Source: Antedon mediterranea (lineage: Eukaryota; Animalia; Echinodermata). Taken from it: a stretch of DNA of 64,000 nt. Positions 28,347 to 41,200 of this stretch are shown here, piece by piece. The stretch covers positions 12,282,945-12,346,944 of the forward strand of contig NC_092680.1 of assembly GCF_964355755.1 (NCBI RefSeq), read 5' to 3'. Every line of letters starts with the position of its first letter. Within the stretch, counting starts at the first letter, position 1. Under the pieces are notes generated by a model that was not told where the DNA came from, ran no database searches, and saw only the letters and a program-made list of their open reading frames with translations. Made by a program: the position numbers and the translations under genes.

Positions 28347-30415
28347 TTATTAGGCTGGCTGCTTAAAAGGTAATTCCCTATCCAACCAAGCCTAGATGAA
28401 GTTTTGTATAAAGTTGGTAGGAGCCCTACTAAGAAAGGTTAGCAAAAGCTCATGGTTAATGTTATTGCTACTGACCTGCTGATATGTCATCATCGGAAGT
28501 ATCGACATCGGAAGTATCGACATCTGTTGTAGAAACCTCCCATGCTTTTCTCTCTGCTGCTGGAGGAACTTTGGTAGTTGTTACTAGACAAACAGAGTCT
28601 ATGTTGTAATCAGAAAATGTGCAATTTAAACTATTATCATAGAAATAATTAGATACATTTATTGTTTAAAAGGGACTGCTAATTTCAATTTTTTATTTTA
28701 TGATTCCAGATCAATTATTTATTTTACATATCAAAATAATTTCTTTTTTTTCCAGTAAAAAAACCCTGCCAAGGGGACATTATTTTGTTCCTGAAGCCTT
28801 AATAGGGGTTATACTGAACGTAACTAGAGGTGGTCCAGTGAAATAGAAAACGTTAACAATGCAAACTTTTTTGTTAAGAACAATCTCAACGCACACAATT
28901 GTGTTATAAGTACGGAAAGGTAAATCAACACAAAAAAAACTATACTCAACGATAAATGTCCCAATCGAATACGACATTGCTACCTCCCAGATCGGGCCCA
29001 TAAAAACATAGGGATAGGCCTAGAGGCGGCCTCTACTCTAACCTAGTAAATAACTACATAACATGTCATTGTATTGTTAAAGTTACTGACCTGCTGACTC
29101 TGTCGGTATGTCATCATCAGAAGTATCGACATCTGTTGTAGAAACCTCCCATGCTTTTCTCTTTGCTGCTGGAGGAACTTCGGTAGTCGAAATCCCAGTA
29201 GGTGACCCTTCTGTATCATCAACAGCAGAACATCCATTATTGATTGATTGAATTGAACCGTTCCCACGTACAATTAGGCCTACTTCATCATCTTCACTTG
29301 AAGAATAGTAAAGCATACGCTCAGTTGGATAAGCAGTGCTGTGTGTTGTTGTTACTTGACAAACAGATACTGTATCGTAATCAGAAAATTTGCAATTTGA
29401 TTAAATTATTATCATACATAATTAATTAGATATTAAATCAAGAATGATTCCACCGAAATTTTGAGTTAAAATAACGATAGTGAAGCATATGAATAGGCAA
29501 ACTGCCTAAAAATTGACATGTTTTGAGAAACTATTCTCATCTTCCACCAGAACAGAAAACAACGCCTAGGCTTAAGATTACTTATATACCAATAGGACAG
29601 GTTGTATGTAAATGAGGAAGTAATTAGCATGATAAAACAACAAGGAATGTAGGCAAAAAACAATCATATGGCAAGCGTGACGCCTATTCATCAAATGCCT
29701 CACTATCGTTATTTTAAATAATTAATTATATGCCACACATGGTAAAATATTATTGAAAATGTGTATGTTTGATCATGGGACACCCTTTCCCACAAACAAG
29801 TGGATATAGGCCTATTAAGGGGGCCGGCACACATTTTGAGTGTACCTGGATGGTTGATTACCCCTATATTAAGTTTTTTCTATCCCAAACACAGTACAGT
29901 ACTACATACTAAAATTTCCATAGGAATAGGCCTAGGCTAGAGCCTATCTCTAGCTAGGCTTAGTAATAAGTAATATTTACTAGGCCCAGGCCTAGTACTA
30001 GTAGTAGTAAATAACTAGGCCTCTAGCTAGGCCTAGGCCTACCTAGGTATGAACATTCATTGTTGTAGGCTAGGCCTATTGTATTGTTACTCACCTGCTG
30101 CTGCTGACTCTGTCTGTATGTCATCATCAGAAGTATCGAAATCTGTTGAAGAAACCTCCCATGCTTTTCTCTTTGCTGCTGGAAGAACTTCGGTAGTCGG
30201 AAGAACTTCGGTAGTCGAAATCCCAGTAGGCGACCCTTCTGTATCATCTACTCCTAGGACTAGGCCTATGCCTAGGCCTTCTTCATCGTCTTCACTTGAA
30301 GAATAGTATAGCATACGCTCAGCAGTTGGAACAGGGTGTTCTGTCGTGCCATCATCAGAAAATGATGATCGTCTTCGCTTGAGTATTGAAGCATTAGCTC
30401 AGAGTCGCTTATCAT
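23274..30415 (-). CDS. Spliced DDD transposase, Sola1/DUF7869-like, ~957 aa, 11 exons, two 1-bp frameshifts (may be a pseudogene or a sequencing error)
   Basis: Phase-compatible GT-AG exons: 30415-30095, 29354-29091, 28583-28476, 27958-27848, 27412-27106, 26710-26436, 26156-26035, 25562-25172, 24856-24340, 23924-23797, 23603-23274. Motifs: CCCxxxC..VCAKAW..GI, GDQMP..IHLP, FAKCSKC, IIIDGMDQ, LYLQLDNSGKDNKN, FLMVGHTHEDIDQLFS. The first four exons are less certain than the core. Confidence 0.85.
24340..24856 (-). CDS. Transposase exon 9 (GHTHEDIDQLFS, third catalytic acid)
   Basis: Open frame IKIGFLMVGHTHEDIDQLFS...HSKPHQFKF...YKNW, bounded by TTTCAG and GTATGT. Confidence 0.92.
25172..25562 (-). 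CDS. Transposase exon 8 (DGMDQ and QLDN..DNKN catalytic motifs)
   Basis: Open frame IERRKYYKHMQKARQNPNKYLSIIIDGMDQ...LYLQLDNSGKDNKNRFV...KIFRK, bounded by TTTCAG and GTAAAT. Confidence 0.92.
26035..26156 (-). CDS. Transposase exon 7 (CxxC...H motif)
   Basis: ENRFAKCSKCTRIKFELHKTNQKQKRQILMMKREKHLRKQ between TAG acceptor and GTAAGT donor; absent from the ORF track. Confidence 0.88.
26436..26710 (-). CDS. Transposase exon 6
   Basis: EGCCYLLPP...GDQMPTNGQIHLPSTLTKHDVY...TFYKFWCVEFKHIVIPE with TTTTAG and GTATGT splice sites. Confidence 0.88.
27106..27412 (-). CDS. Transposase exon 5, Cys-rich N-terminal domain, with +1 frameshift at 27251-27254
   Basis: KRKRNHL..TCCCALMC..FQAMTEYEQRCWILK / YFNEH..VGANKVCAKAWMLVNGIGRSTFYKIRK. 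Confidence 0.8.
28312..28346 (+). repeat. (TAG)n microsatellite in a transposase intron
   Basis: About 11 perfect TAG units. Confidence 0.95.
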
Positions 30416-30499
30416 GTTCATGATATAACAAATTGATAAAAGAAATGAACAATATACGGTTTTATGTTCATTTAACCGTCATTCGCATCTAATCTTTGG

Positions 30500-30575
30500 A
30501 AAAAGCGCGAACGAATTTGATTGGCTGCTGCAGCTGATCAACGTTATATTTCATGTGACGTCGTCAACGTCCAAT
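30500..30575 (-). promoter_or_regulatory. Candidate transposase promoter (CCAAT box, CRE-like TGACGTC)
   Basis: ATTGG at 30520-30524 and TGACGTC at 30556-30562 in a CpG-richer patch ~100-150 bp upstream of the predicted ATG; motif evidence only. Confidence 0.35.
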
Positions 30576-32749
30576 GCAATTACAATACTGTACTTTATTC
30601 ATTTTAAAACAAACCGAAATTGTCCACTTTTCCATTACTGAATGTATCCAAACATGGATGTATTTATACAAATTGTTTTTCTGGCTGTTTTACTTTATCG
30701 TTTTGATTTAGCTTTTCGCTTTTTTTTGTATCTCTATTGAGATCCAGCCACTGATACCCACATCATTGTCGTTGTTTCATTAATTTTCCTTTGGATTGAT
30801 ATAAATTAAAACATAAATTAAATAAGTTGTATATGTTTTCTCCTTATTGTGAATAACGTTTGAATGTATTTTTTCTTGTTATTTGTAAGAGGCTATAGGC
30901 CTATAACTTGATTCGGCTGTTGAGAAAAAAAAACATATAATAATAATACATGAAATGTAAAATAAAACATGATATGATTTAACTGTTGACGGTAAAAAAC
31001 ATGTTAGGGCCTATAGGCTATATAAACATAGTGTAAAATACGATATAATTTACAGACACATAGGCTAACCATAGCAGCAGTTTTTTGTTTGTTTTTATCA
31101 AACACAGTGAAATACAAAACAATTGGCACAATGACACGAACAATAGAAGCCTCAACAAGCCTGGCACACCCAACCCAACATATTGACTAACACCCCTATA
31201 AATAATAATGGAATAGTCCTATATTCAAATACATGCCGAAAACTCGGGTTGATCCCTGATTTAACCTAAAGCCATAGAAATGTAAACTAAAATATGCGTA
31301 GTGCATGAATATAGAGTAACAGTAACATTTCTAGTTTTTAATCTTTCTCAGTTTACTTTTAATAATGCTTTGTTTTTTTACGTTTTGTTTTATATTTGAA
31401 GATATCAAATTTGTCAGTGGTTTGTCATGACAAATTATACTTTTTAAATATTTTTTTTAATGGTTTTTATGTATATATTTTTTTAAATATAATTATGTTT
31501 ATTTACTCTTGTTGCACATCTCCCTCATTGAGACTGTGCCTCTGATAAAGAGATACAAAAAAATTCATAACATAATTAACTGTACGCCACATTAAATCTT
31601 AAAAAAAAAGTTTATATAAACTTTAGATTCTATCATCAAAACACTTCCCCTATTATGATCAAATCATCTTTCATGTAAACTTGGCCTATTTTTCAGAAAT
31701 GAATATCCTTATAGTAATACGATGAGTGGTAAGTTCAGAGCTTGGGATTTTTTTAGGAAACAATGAGTTTGAAAGAATCCCAATTTGATTGGTCAAAATT
31801 ATCGCTACTTATACGTCCGCTATAGATGGCGCTTTTTTTCATACAGATAACTACATAAACAGAACACAATTGTTAAAGAATAATTAATAATATTAAAGAA
31901 CCAATTCTTTTAATTATTCCTTGTATAAAAATTGTCCCCATGTATGGCAAGATATTCCTAATTTTATCGTATATCATCTTTAATTGTCTGTACACACGAA
32001 CCATGTTATCTGTATATTTAAATGATTGTTCACACAATTTATTATATCTTATGTAGGCCTATTTTTATTGTTTTACTAAGTTTTATGATTGAAATGCAGT
32101 ATAGATAACCAATTCGATAGTGCTTAGCACTCAAGAAAGGAAATTCCCACGTTGCTTTGTTGCGTTGTTTGACTGCATGAAAATTTAATAAAATAATTCT
32201 GTTCGATCCTTTTCCTTCATCTATAGGCCTATGGCTTGTGTTTTTGTAATTTCTGTGTGCATGCTATACATGTTGGCTTCGTCTATGAATTTGTTACCGA
32301 TTGGCTATTTCCTTTGATTGTTAATGCGTTGGTGGTTGGTTACAATCAGGCCTGCATATTATTTTTCAAAATTATAACATTTTAAATTTTGTTGTAAATT
32401 GATGCTTTCAATAATGATTGTAGATCATTTTCACTATTTCCAATGAGAATTATATCGTCGGCCAAGAATGAGTCTTTTTATCAATAAAAAATATTAATCT
32501 CTTTCTCTTTGAAATCTTTTGTAAGTTCATTTATATATAATATTAACAGAATTAGAGAGAGAGAGAGACAGCCTTTGTGGGTTGAAAAAAATGGATAATT
32601 TTCAATATAAATCCAAATTACTGAAAAAAAGACAATGCTGTGGGTATCAGTGTGGCTGTGGGTATCAGCGGCTTGATCTTAATAAAGATACAAAATAATA
32701 TAAACAAAAAGCTAAATCTAAACGATACAATTTAAACAACTAGACAAAA

Positions 32750-33200
32750 TTAGCAGAGCTTTCGGGCAAAACTAGCCCTTCATCAGTGTGTAGAAATCAA
32801 GCGCTGCCTGAGTGGACTGGAATAAAAGAAATAAAACAAAAGAGGCATAATGCTGGTGAAAAGAGTGAGATTAGAAAACAATAAAGATAGCTTGGTATAT
32901 ATAAACAATTTAGAAATTGAATTAAAAATCAACTCAAATGGTGGTTAATATTGAAACATTAAATTTAGGTAGTCGATGGAATAATTTTACCGATCTGGGA
33001 ATATGTTCCTAATGTTAAGTCAAAATATTTCGTGGTTTTAAGTAGTAATTCCAAGTGGTTTTCATGGTCTGCCCTGTCGTGAAAGAACGTCTCAATTGAC
33101 ACATTTTAAAAAAGCTTTTTGGGCAATTTAGGGAATGATACACCTTGTGGTGCATTCGGATTTTCAATTACTTGCAATTATTGTTCATTCCGGATGATAA
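32750..33200 (-). mobile_element. Degenerate Penelope-like element 3' end
   Basis: Decayed frame ..IETFFHDRADHENHLELLLKTTKYFDLT.. loosely like a GIY-YIG C-terminus, followed by a hammerhead core; a homologous fragment sits at ~38289-38530 (+). Confidence 0.55.
32753..32788 (-). ncRNA. Minimal type I hammerhead ribozyme motif
   Basis: Minus strand reads CA-CUGAUGA-A-GGGC-UAGUUUU-GCCC-GAAA-GC-UC-UGC: conserved boxes, 4-bp stem II, palindromic AGCU stem III; stem I only ~2 bp. Confidence 0.7.
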
Positions 33201-33689
33201 CAAAAACACGTTTGGTTGATTATCTGAAAATTATGCAGTATGCAGTTGAGAGGTTATTTCATGACGGGGCAGAAATGTAGGCTAATAATAATTTGTTTTG
33301 CACAATGCATGGTTAATATTAAACATCTTTTTTATGCGATTCTTCCTTATTACTTTCATTTAAACGAAACACAATTAAGTCACCTATGTGCGCTCACTTT
33401 GCTTTTTCACTTTGCAATGTTATCGATAACTTTAAACGAAGGGAGCCAACCGAAGCGCACCCGTATCATTTGGACGCAATCATAATGGGTTTTTGGACCG
33501 ATGTCTTATTAACGTTCCCTTTTGTAATGAAAATTATGTATAAAGGGTTTTTTTTCGGACCGACATAAAAGTAATTCGAGATTCATGACATTTTTCGTTC
33601 TTTAATTTTTAAATGCCAAGGAGAACTAAAATTAGCAAAAGTATAGTCACGCGAGGGTTTATGAGTGCTATAGGATGCAAGTACAGCAC

Positions 33690-35555
33690 GTTAGTAAATC
33701 AGGAAAGGTATGGATGATTTGTATAATGATATTGTTTGTGCTCTATCTAGTGCCTCCAAAATGTGTTTTAAAAATAAGAAAATAAAAAATGGGACCCACA
33801 TTCCAGGGTGGAATGAAAATGTCGCAGAATGCCATAATGTGGCTAGAGAATCATTCCTTCTATGGGTTAATAATGGAAAGCCTAAATCTGGTTCATTATT
33901 TGAGGCGATGCGTTTTAAATGACAAGATCTCAATTTAAAATGAGTTTACGCTAGTGTAAATCAGAAGAAGAACAGCATAGGGCTGATTCTATGGTTAAGT
34001 CTTTATTAAACAAGGCCAACAGCCATTAAGTCGCGTGCTACAATGCATAGTGATACCGGACCGACAGACAAACAGACCGACAGACAGACGGACCGACCGA
34101 CATAGTGAACTATACTGACCGAAATTACTGAGCATGTTTAAAAATGTTGAAATGTTTAAAAACATTTATATTTTTTTAATTTACACGTGCGTAGCCTGTC
34201 ACTTTTGACGTGCTCGTATAACGTAATTTCGAGTTGAAAAGTAAGTCAAGAAAACAGAAATCGGGCAAAAAGAGTGCGCAATAACATTTAACGCGCAGTG
34301 CGCGCACAAAAATCTGCGCACTCATGGCAATTTTGTAAACGCTTAAAATTTCTTGAAACGTACTCTTATTTCATCGAAAATAAATTTTGAAAATTTTAAG
34401 CGCGCGTACGCATGCGTTACATGCACTACGCACGTAATTGTATTGCCATATGATGATTTATGCCCTGAAATTTATGAGTACCAAATTTTATTTAATTGTG
34501 ATTCATGGTTGTTAAGATATGATTACAAACGTGATTTCGTTAAATCGTGCGTAGACCGCGTAATTTTTTATTGCGCACCGTGAAAACATAACCACATCGA
34601 TTCCTGGCCATAAGGAATATTCTGTGAAAAATTGACTTAGCTAGATTAAACTGATATCAAGATAAGGTCATAAAGCGATAAAACGCATAGTGATACCGGA
34701 CCGACAGACAGACAGACCGACAGACAGACCGACAGACAGACCGACCGACCGACATAGTGAACTATAGAGTCGCTTCCACGCGACTAAAAATGATTATGCT
34801 GATTTGTGGAAAAGGTTTATAAGTCTAAATCATGTACTCCTGTTCTTACTTCTTCTTTCTTGGAAATTTAAGAAATACTTACAGAATCTTTGGATAATGT
34901 TAATGGTGAATATGATAATTATAAGTAACCACTGGGCAGCTCATTTTGAGGAGCTGTTTAATTGTGTTCATAATGATAGTAATAAGGATTATGTTCACAG
35001 TATACTTGTTAATTGTAATGATGATTGTGGTTGTGAGGTAAATGTCCAACAGGTAGCGGGCATTATTAAAGATTTATCTAGTGATAAATTGTTCCGATTT
35101 TAAAATCTAAATCAGGTGATATTACGAGTAAAAGCAATTAGGCCTATAGCTTTAGCTAGTGTGGTATCTAAGGTACTAGAATTTGTATTAATTAAATTGT
35201 CCGGAGATAGCCTTAAGTCATCTGACCATCAGTTTGCGTTTAAATCGGGTCACTCCACAGATACATGTATATTAATCTTAAAACAAGTTGTTGCATTTTA
35301 TAGTCGGCAAAATAGCCCTGTATATGCTTGCTTTCTTGATGCCTCTAAGGCATATGACAGATTAAATAACTGGACTCTTTTTTAAAAATTGTTAAACAGA
35401 AAGATGCCAACCGCAATTGTAAAATTGTTATCGTGTTGGTACTCACAGCAACAGTTTTGTATTAAATGGGGAAGATCTATCTCCCGATGGTTCTATGTAA
35501 GAAACGGAGTGCGACAGGGTGGAATCATATATCCGTTACTGTATAATGTTTACAT
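33690..35555 (+). pseudogene. Second, decayed L2/CR1-group LINE ORF2 fragment (RT), split by a HINE
   Basis: HIPGWNE..FLLWVNNGKPKSG, HWAAHFEELFN, IRPIALASVVSK, QFAFKSGHSTD, ACFLDASKAYD, NGVRQGGIIYPLLYNVY, with stops and deletions. Confidence 0.9.
34009..34789 (-). mobile_element. Non-autonomous Helentron-associated element (HINE / DINE-1-like)
   Basis: Subterminal inverted repeats AGTCGCGTG (34029-34037) and CACGCGACT (34777-34785), adjacent short IR, (GACA/GACC)n microsatellite, terminal GGC/GCC hairpin, inserted in an A/T run without TSD. Removal restores LINE frame SLLKNDYADLWK. Confidence 0.85.
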
Positions 35556-38274
35556 TTCCCAAGAACCAGTGGGAATATTAAAAGAAAACCGATCACGCTT
35601 ACTAACATCTTTTAAACGGAGTTTTGGACGACGATATCAAATGCCTGTTGCCACTGAATTGGACTGTGACTTTCATATCTTGTTTTTACGTGATATTAGG
35701 ATTTATTGCTAAAAATCATATACAGTATAACCAAAGTTAAATATAAACTATGAAATATGAGCCTATGAAACATTTTAATTAACGCTTGAACTTTTTTTAA
35801 ATTAATGTGATTGTAAATAGGGGCCTACCTGATTTGTATTAAAATGTTTCTATAATTATCAATTATTCCTTATATTCATCTGAATATAAAACAAAAGTCT
35901 ACTTCCGAATTGGCAGGGTCGGAGTCACTATAATGTAATTAGCTACCCCATTTGGACGGAAAATAATAATAATAATAACGTTCAAATTACTAATATAATG
36001 TTCAGATACTTTAGTCTAATACCACCTCAGCCCGACCATGGGGTTGGTTAGAGCATTTTTTAGGAATATGGACATAGCTTAGATTGCTAGCAATTCCACT
36101 ATTAACTCTTGATAATATCACAGATAAGTTTAAAGTTTTAAAAAACCGCTGATTATAGTTTCAAGCAACAAATAGATAGGACTGGACATGCCCTCTAGAG
36201 TAAAACTAGGTAAAACTATAGGAATCCATCCCAAAAACGTATTGGATTTGTTTCCGTTTAAAAAACTTTTCATTTACAATAATTTTTAGTTCATACATTA
36301 AATGCCAAGGAAAACTAAATTTAGCAATATTATTTGTTTAGGGGTGCAAATAAAAGTGAAAACTATAGACAAGATGTAAAGTTGTCTAATGTACCGTTTC
36401 TTCGATAATCTTAATTTTACCTATACCTATACTTTTATTCAGACATTCCGGATTTTTAATCCTCTCAAAAATAATGTTAGCTAAAAGTAAGAGTGCATTG
36501 CCTGGTCTATATTCCTGAAAAAAGTTTTGTCGTCTCTCGATTTTATGATGCTGTGTCCGATTCTATAAATACGTTTTATATTAACACTGGCAGCATTTAT
36601 CTATATTAACGAGCACATGCCTTTTTACTTTCCGTACTTTTGAACCTTCTGAACATAGTCTGGTTATACTGAGATTGTTTATCTAATTGAATTCGTATCA
36701 TATATTACGTAATATTAGGATATATTGCTAAAAATCAAGAAGTAAATAATTGTTCGGGTTGAGTGCTATAGGATAGAATTACAGTTATGAAAAATGTAAC
36801 GAACAATACACTTTAGAAGTTGTTTGAATCCCATCTAGTCTACACGCTTTAAACTATTTTAATTTGATCGTAAATACCTATATTCGTGTCATTGATATTA
36901 CACGATTGCGACATGAATTTTCATCAAAGTATCATACATTAAAAGTGATGCTGGTGATTGTAAATGAAAGCTCTTTTAAATGGCAACCATATACCATACG
37001 TTTCTTATAGACCTAATCCGTTAGAAAATTAAAATACTTTTAAAACTTTTAATTTGCATCTCCTATTTAGGCATCAAAACTTATTGTGTGTTGTCCCTTA
37101 GATGGAAACCAGGCAATCTAGCACCAAAATAATTTCGTAATTATATACTGTAGGCCTAGTGTATATATTAATAAAAATCACTCGAATAATTACAATACAA
37201 GTTATTGCCTATTCCCTATCGAAGTTCAAAGTTCTTCTGTATGACTAAGATACAGTCACTAAAGGCAATATTGTATGTATGTTACCTATTAAATACAAGC
37301 CCGTACTTCATCATTCAACATAATTAATAATTTCGCCATGCAAACTTTGAAGTGTTTTTTTGTATACTTTACTAAGTACTTTCCATGTATTTTAAATAGT
37401 CAATTAAGCTAAGAATATAGAGCACCGTGTTTTTATAGGTTCAGCTTTTAAATGTGTCTCGTTGTGTGCTTTGCATCTGTTTAAAAAAAAATCGTCACAT
37501 TTGTCTTAGCTTTCGGAGTCAAAAATCTCGAATGACTTTTATGTCGGTCGAACAAATTTATTATGATGAACTCGTATGTTGATTCTCTCTCTCGGACAAC
37601 ATCTTTATAAAACTGGCTAATCGTATCTCAGCGGTATCAGGTCGGCTGTCTTCGTTTTGCTTCTAGATATCGCATTAAGCTATTAGTAGGCCTACCTGAC
37701 ATAACCGAGCTATCAAAAAGCGAACTTCAATCACAGAGGTAACTTATTTGTCCCAAATTTAGTTGAGAATGTTTTAAGGCCTAAACGAATTATTATTACA
37801 AAATTTAGTGGGCCTATATTATAAAGTGATTGGTTTAATGAAATTAATAACAAAGACTCGAATTAAAAAGTACAGTATAATTAATCATGCACGTGTAAAA
37901 CAAATTATTATATTAGCCTATATTTTAATGCCAACACTTTTCCAATACGTGCTTAAATTGGCTTTGCTTGTTGCTTCATAGAAAATCATAACCAATTAAT
38001 TGTCTAACCAAAAATGTCATTTATCTCATACACTGTAATATTTGTAGTGAGTGGTAGAAACCAAAACCCTCTCCGTATGAGAATGACACAGAGATCAGCT
38101 ATAAAAAACATTAAAGTTTTTCTGTAACCGAAATGTTAATTCAACCTACTTGCAGAAATCGCACAGGACTTTTAATGTAGTCCTGTTGCTTTCAAAAGTC
38201 ATGTCGCAATCGTTTAATATCTTATATCAATGACACGAACATATTAGGTTGTCAAATGGAGCGACAAAACTCGC

Positions 38275-41200
38275 AAAGACAAAAAAACACTTGGAATTAC
38301 TACTTAAAGCCACAAAACTGTTTGATCTTAACATTAACATACTCCCAGATCAGTAAAATTATTCCATCGACTACCTAAGTTTAAGGTTCAATATTAACCA
38401 CCATTTGAGTTGCTTTTTTTTAGATGCAATCCTAATTGTTTATATCTACCAAGCTATCTTCATTGTTTTCAGCTTGTGCCTTGATCCTTTGTTTTTATTT
38501 CTTTATTCCAGTCCACTCAGGCAGTGCTTGTTTGCTTCATATTCTCAATTTTGTTCTTTCACTTATAAAGGGCTAGTGGATTTATATTTAAATGTTTTTT
38601 TAATTTTCTGTTTTTTAACTCACATAATGTCTAAAAGATCGCAATAATAATGAAGCTTTTGAAATGGATGTAAAATATTCATATTCTCAATTTTGTAAAA
38701 GCACTTCCACTGATATAGTATATTATCCTATTAATTAAATATGACAAGTTGTACAGGTAGTTTCAGTTTTTATTTTCTATTGTTTTTGTATATTTTTTTT
38801 TTTAAGTAATTGTGTTGCTTAAATGATGGAGGTATAAACATATTTTGATATGCTTAAATGTTGTATGTGTGCCACTGTTAAATATGTGTTGCTCCAAATA
38901 AATATTATTATATTATTATTACAAGGTACAGTATTCATTTCTGAAAATTATATACATAAAAGATGATTTGATCATACAGGAAATTGTTTGAAGATAGAAT
39001 TTAAAGTTTAGATTTAACTTGTTTTAAAGATTTAATGTGGCTATACTTTGATATATTATAAACGAATTTAACAAAACTCTTTGAAATTTATAATTCTATT
39101 GAGCCTATATGCGTGGTACGGTCACTGTTACTCTTTATTCATTGATTTAAAATTCAGGTTAGACTTTTAATTAGAAAGAAATAAACACACCAGGGTTAAA
39201 AGGGTTAAATGATCCATAATTAAGCGATATATCTACACTGTGAGACACAAAATGCTTTCATAAAATTACACATTTATACCTTTGCTTAATAATAATATTT
39301 TATAATAATTCATTTTAACGGCACTACGCCTACATGATGATCATGGGTAGCTAATGGCATGGGGCTCCGACCCTGTATGCCACTTTTGGAAGTGTTTATA
39401 TTGATGTTGCAAACAATTTCATTATCAAAATTTATATGTAGAAGACAAAACTGATTAATTAGTGTGCATGATGCATATAAGAAGTAATTACTGAAAACTA
39501 TCATTGTAGTACATTTTTTATAGTATTAGTAGTACTTTATAGTATAAAGGGTGTATAAAGTTGTGCCTTTTTCAAGCATGATTTGAGTGATAGTTGTTTT
39601 TGGGGTTGGCAATTATTGCGACAAAATTGTAATGTCCTTGACGTTATTAATGCCTAATTTCCGTGACAGAGATAAACCCTTATATCAATAACATATCATT
39701 GGGGTTTTTTTTTATCTAATGTGATATAAAGGGATAATCGCAGAAACAGCACAGAACTCCGAATTCCTAAAAATGCTCTAAACATTAGTCCCAATCATAG
39801 TCGAGCTGACGTGGGTTTGGACTTCCAAATATACACAACCTTGAATTACCACTAAATTTCAAAAACGTTGCGCCGGTTCTGAATATTATATCTAATCTGA
39901 ATGATATAGGCCTAAATGAATAATACTGATACTTGCAGAAACCGCAAAGAACGTTCAATGTATTGCATTCAAAAGACATGTCACATTCGTGTAATATCTT
40001 ATATCAATGACACGAACATATTAGGTTGTCAAAAGACAAAAAAAACTTGGAATTACTACTTAAAGCCACAAAACTGTTTGATCTTAACATTAACATACTC
40101 CCAGATCAGTAAAATTATTCCATCGACTACCTAAGTTTAAGGTTCAATATTAACCACCACTTGAGTTGCTTTTTTTTAGATGCAATCCTAATTGTTTATA
40201 TCTACCAAGCTATCTTCATTGTTTTCAGCTTGTGCCTTGATCCTTTGTTTTTATTTCTTTATTCCAGTCCACTCAGGCAGTGCTTGTTTGCTTCATATTC
40301 TCAATTTTGTTCTTTCACTTATAAAGGGCTAGTGGATTTATATTTAAATGTTTTTTTAATTTTCTGTTTTTTAACTCACATAATGTCTAAAAGATCGCAA
40401 TAATAATGAAGCTTTTGAAATGGATGTAAAATATTCATATTCTCAATTTTGTAAAAGCACTTCCACTGATATAGTATATTATCCTATTAATTAAATATGA
40501 CAAGTTGTACAGGTAGTTTCAGTTTTTATTTTCTATTGTTTTTGTATATTTTTTTTTAAAGTAATTGTGTTGCTTAAATGATGGAGGTATAAACATATTT
40601 TGATATGCTTAAATGTTGTATGTGTGCCACTGTTAAATAATGTGTTGCTCCAAATAAATATTATTATATTATTATTACAAGGTACAGTATTCATTTCTGA
40701 AAATTATATACATAAAAGATGATTTGATCATACAGGAAATTGTTTGAAGATAGAATTTAAAGTTTAGATTTAACTTGTTTTAAAGATTTAATGTGGCTAT
40801 ACTTTGATATATTATAAACGAATTTAACAAAACTCTTTGAAATTTATAATTCTATTGAGCCTATATGCGTGGTACGGTCACTGTTACTCTTTATTCATTG
40901 ATTTAAAATTCAGGTTAGACTTTTAATTAGAAAGAAATAAACACACCAGGGTTAAAAGGGTTAAATGATCCATAATTAAGCGATATATCTACACTGTGAG
41001 ACACAAAATGCTTTCATAAAATTACACATTTATACCTTTGCTTAATAATAATATTTTATAATAATTCATTTTAACGGCACTACGCCTACATGATGATCAT
41101 GGGTAGCTAATGGCATGGGGCTCCGACCCTGTATGCCACTTTTGGAAGTGTTTATATTGATGTTGCAAACAATTTCATTATCAAAATTTATATGTAGAAG

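Noticed and set aside
34353-34583. 76-aa ORF
   Set aside because: Lies within the non-coding HINE; no recognisable motifs.
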